The notes beneath the pieces are model-generated. The model worked only from the letters and a program-made list of their open reading frames with translations, was not told where the DNA came from and did no database searches. A stretch of 64,000 bases of DNA from Candidatus Bathyarchaeota archaeon (GTDB lineage Archaea > Thermoproteota > Bathyarchaeia > 40CM-2-53-6 > RBG-13-38-9). This document shows, piece by piece, positions 63,401 to 64,000 of this stretch. The stretch's first letter is position 1. Every line of letters begins with the position of its first letter. Position numbers and translations under genes: made by a program. The stretch spans positions 1,056,001 through 1,120,000 of the forward strand of contig CAWECG010000003.1 in assembly GCA_963807605.1 (NCBI GenBank), written 5' to 3'.

Positions 63401-63658
63401 ATGGAAGAAGGATCTGTAGGCTCCACGCCGAGATCAGAGAGGGGATTCCAAAAAGGTCCGGGAAGATTCGGCCAACCCGTACCTGTCAAAGAGGGCGAGG
63501 AACACGAGGTTACAATTGAGACCGTAGGAAGAAAAGGCGATTGCATAGAAAAAATCCTGAACTTCATAATATTCGTGCCGAATACCAAAGCTGGAGATAA
63601 AGTAAAGGTTAAGATAACAGGGATTCGAGGATCCTTTGCGACAACTATAGTCCAATAA
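63401..63658 (+). CDS. Single TRAM domain RNA-binding protein
   Basis: PVKEGE..EVTIE..G.KGD....FIIFVP..K.GD.VKVKI. Confidence 0.92.
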   Translation: MEEGSVGSTPRSERGFQKGPGRFGQPVPVKEGEEHEVTIETVGRKGDCIEKILNFIIFVPNTKAGDKVKVKITGIRGSFATTIVQ

Positions 63659-63670
63659 GGAGCAAAGAGA

Positions 63671-63961
63671 ATGAAGATTAATGAATTAAGAGAGGGCATG
63701 AGAAGGGTCGAGCTAGAGGGTAAAATTCTAGACATAGGCGAGGTAAGGGAGGTTACAACTAAATTTGGAGAACCAGGCCGAGTGGCAACTGCGACTTTGG
63801 AAGATGATTCGGGCACAACAAAACTATCACTATGGAATGAAATGATAGAAACCGTCAGTGTCAACGACAAAGTCAAGATCGAGAACGGCTACGTCACTAG
63901 CTTCAGAGACGAGTCTCAACTCAACGTAGGAAGATACGGAAAGCTAACCGTTATCAAATGA
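63671..63961 (+). CDS. ssb: Single OB-fold ssDNA-binding protein (archaeal SSB/RPA)
   Basis: KINEL, VATATLEDDSG..KLSLWN, IENGY, LNVGRYG. Confidence 0.9.
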   Translation: MKINELREGMRRVELEGKILDIGEVREVTTKFGEPGRVATATLEDDSGTTKLSLWNEMIETVSVNDKVKIENGYVTSFRDESQLNVGRYGKLTVIK

Positions 63962-64000
63962 GTTACATTAGGTCTTTGTTCTAGCGACACCGAGAAGTCA

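Overview
Archaeal chromosomal window. A TACK lineage such as Bathyarchaeia is inferred from the multi-intron tRNAs, the unlinked 23S, the single-OB SSB and the corrinoid/UroD-type methyltransferase genes. It opens with the 3' kb of 23S rRNA (enlarged helix 98) and the RNase P RNA gene. A ~5.4 kb island bounded by an imperfect 21-bp inverted repeat follows, carrying a decayed casposase-type cas1, a hypothetical protein, an atypical P1B ATPase and an ATPase-wHTH gene. The rest is a mosaic of housekeeping and accessory genes (argH, argG, cysK, larC, octaheme cytochrome c, PerR/catalase, feoB/DtxR, two purP paralogues, mat, valS), two IS5/IS1182-like elements, and three tRNAs with 2-3 BHB introns each. 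The most striking pattern is a short palindromic (CG)3-5 motif, often flanked by TA. It recurs at gene junctions, is the target of both IS elements (GCGC duplications), and marks where three gene remnants break off. Between two such sites lies a ~390-bp AT-rich element with helically phased AAGCTT palindromes. Several single-base frameshifts in otherwise intact genes may be assembly errors.
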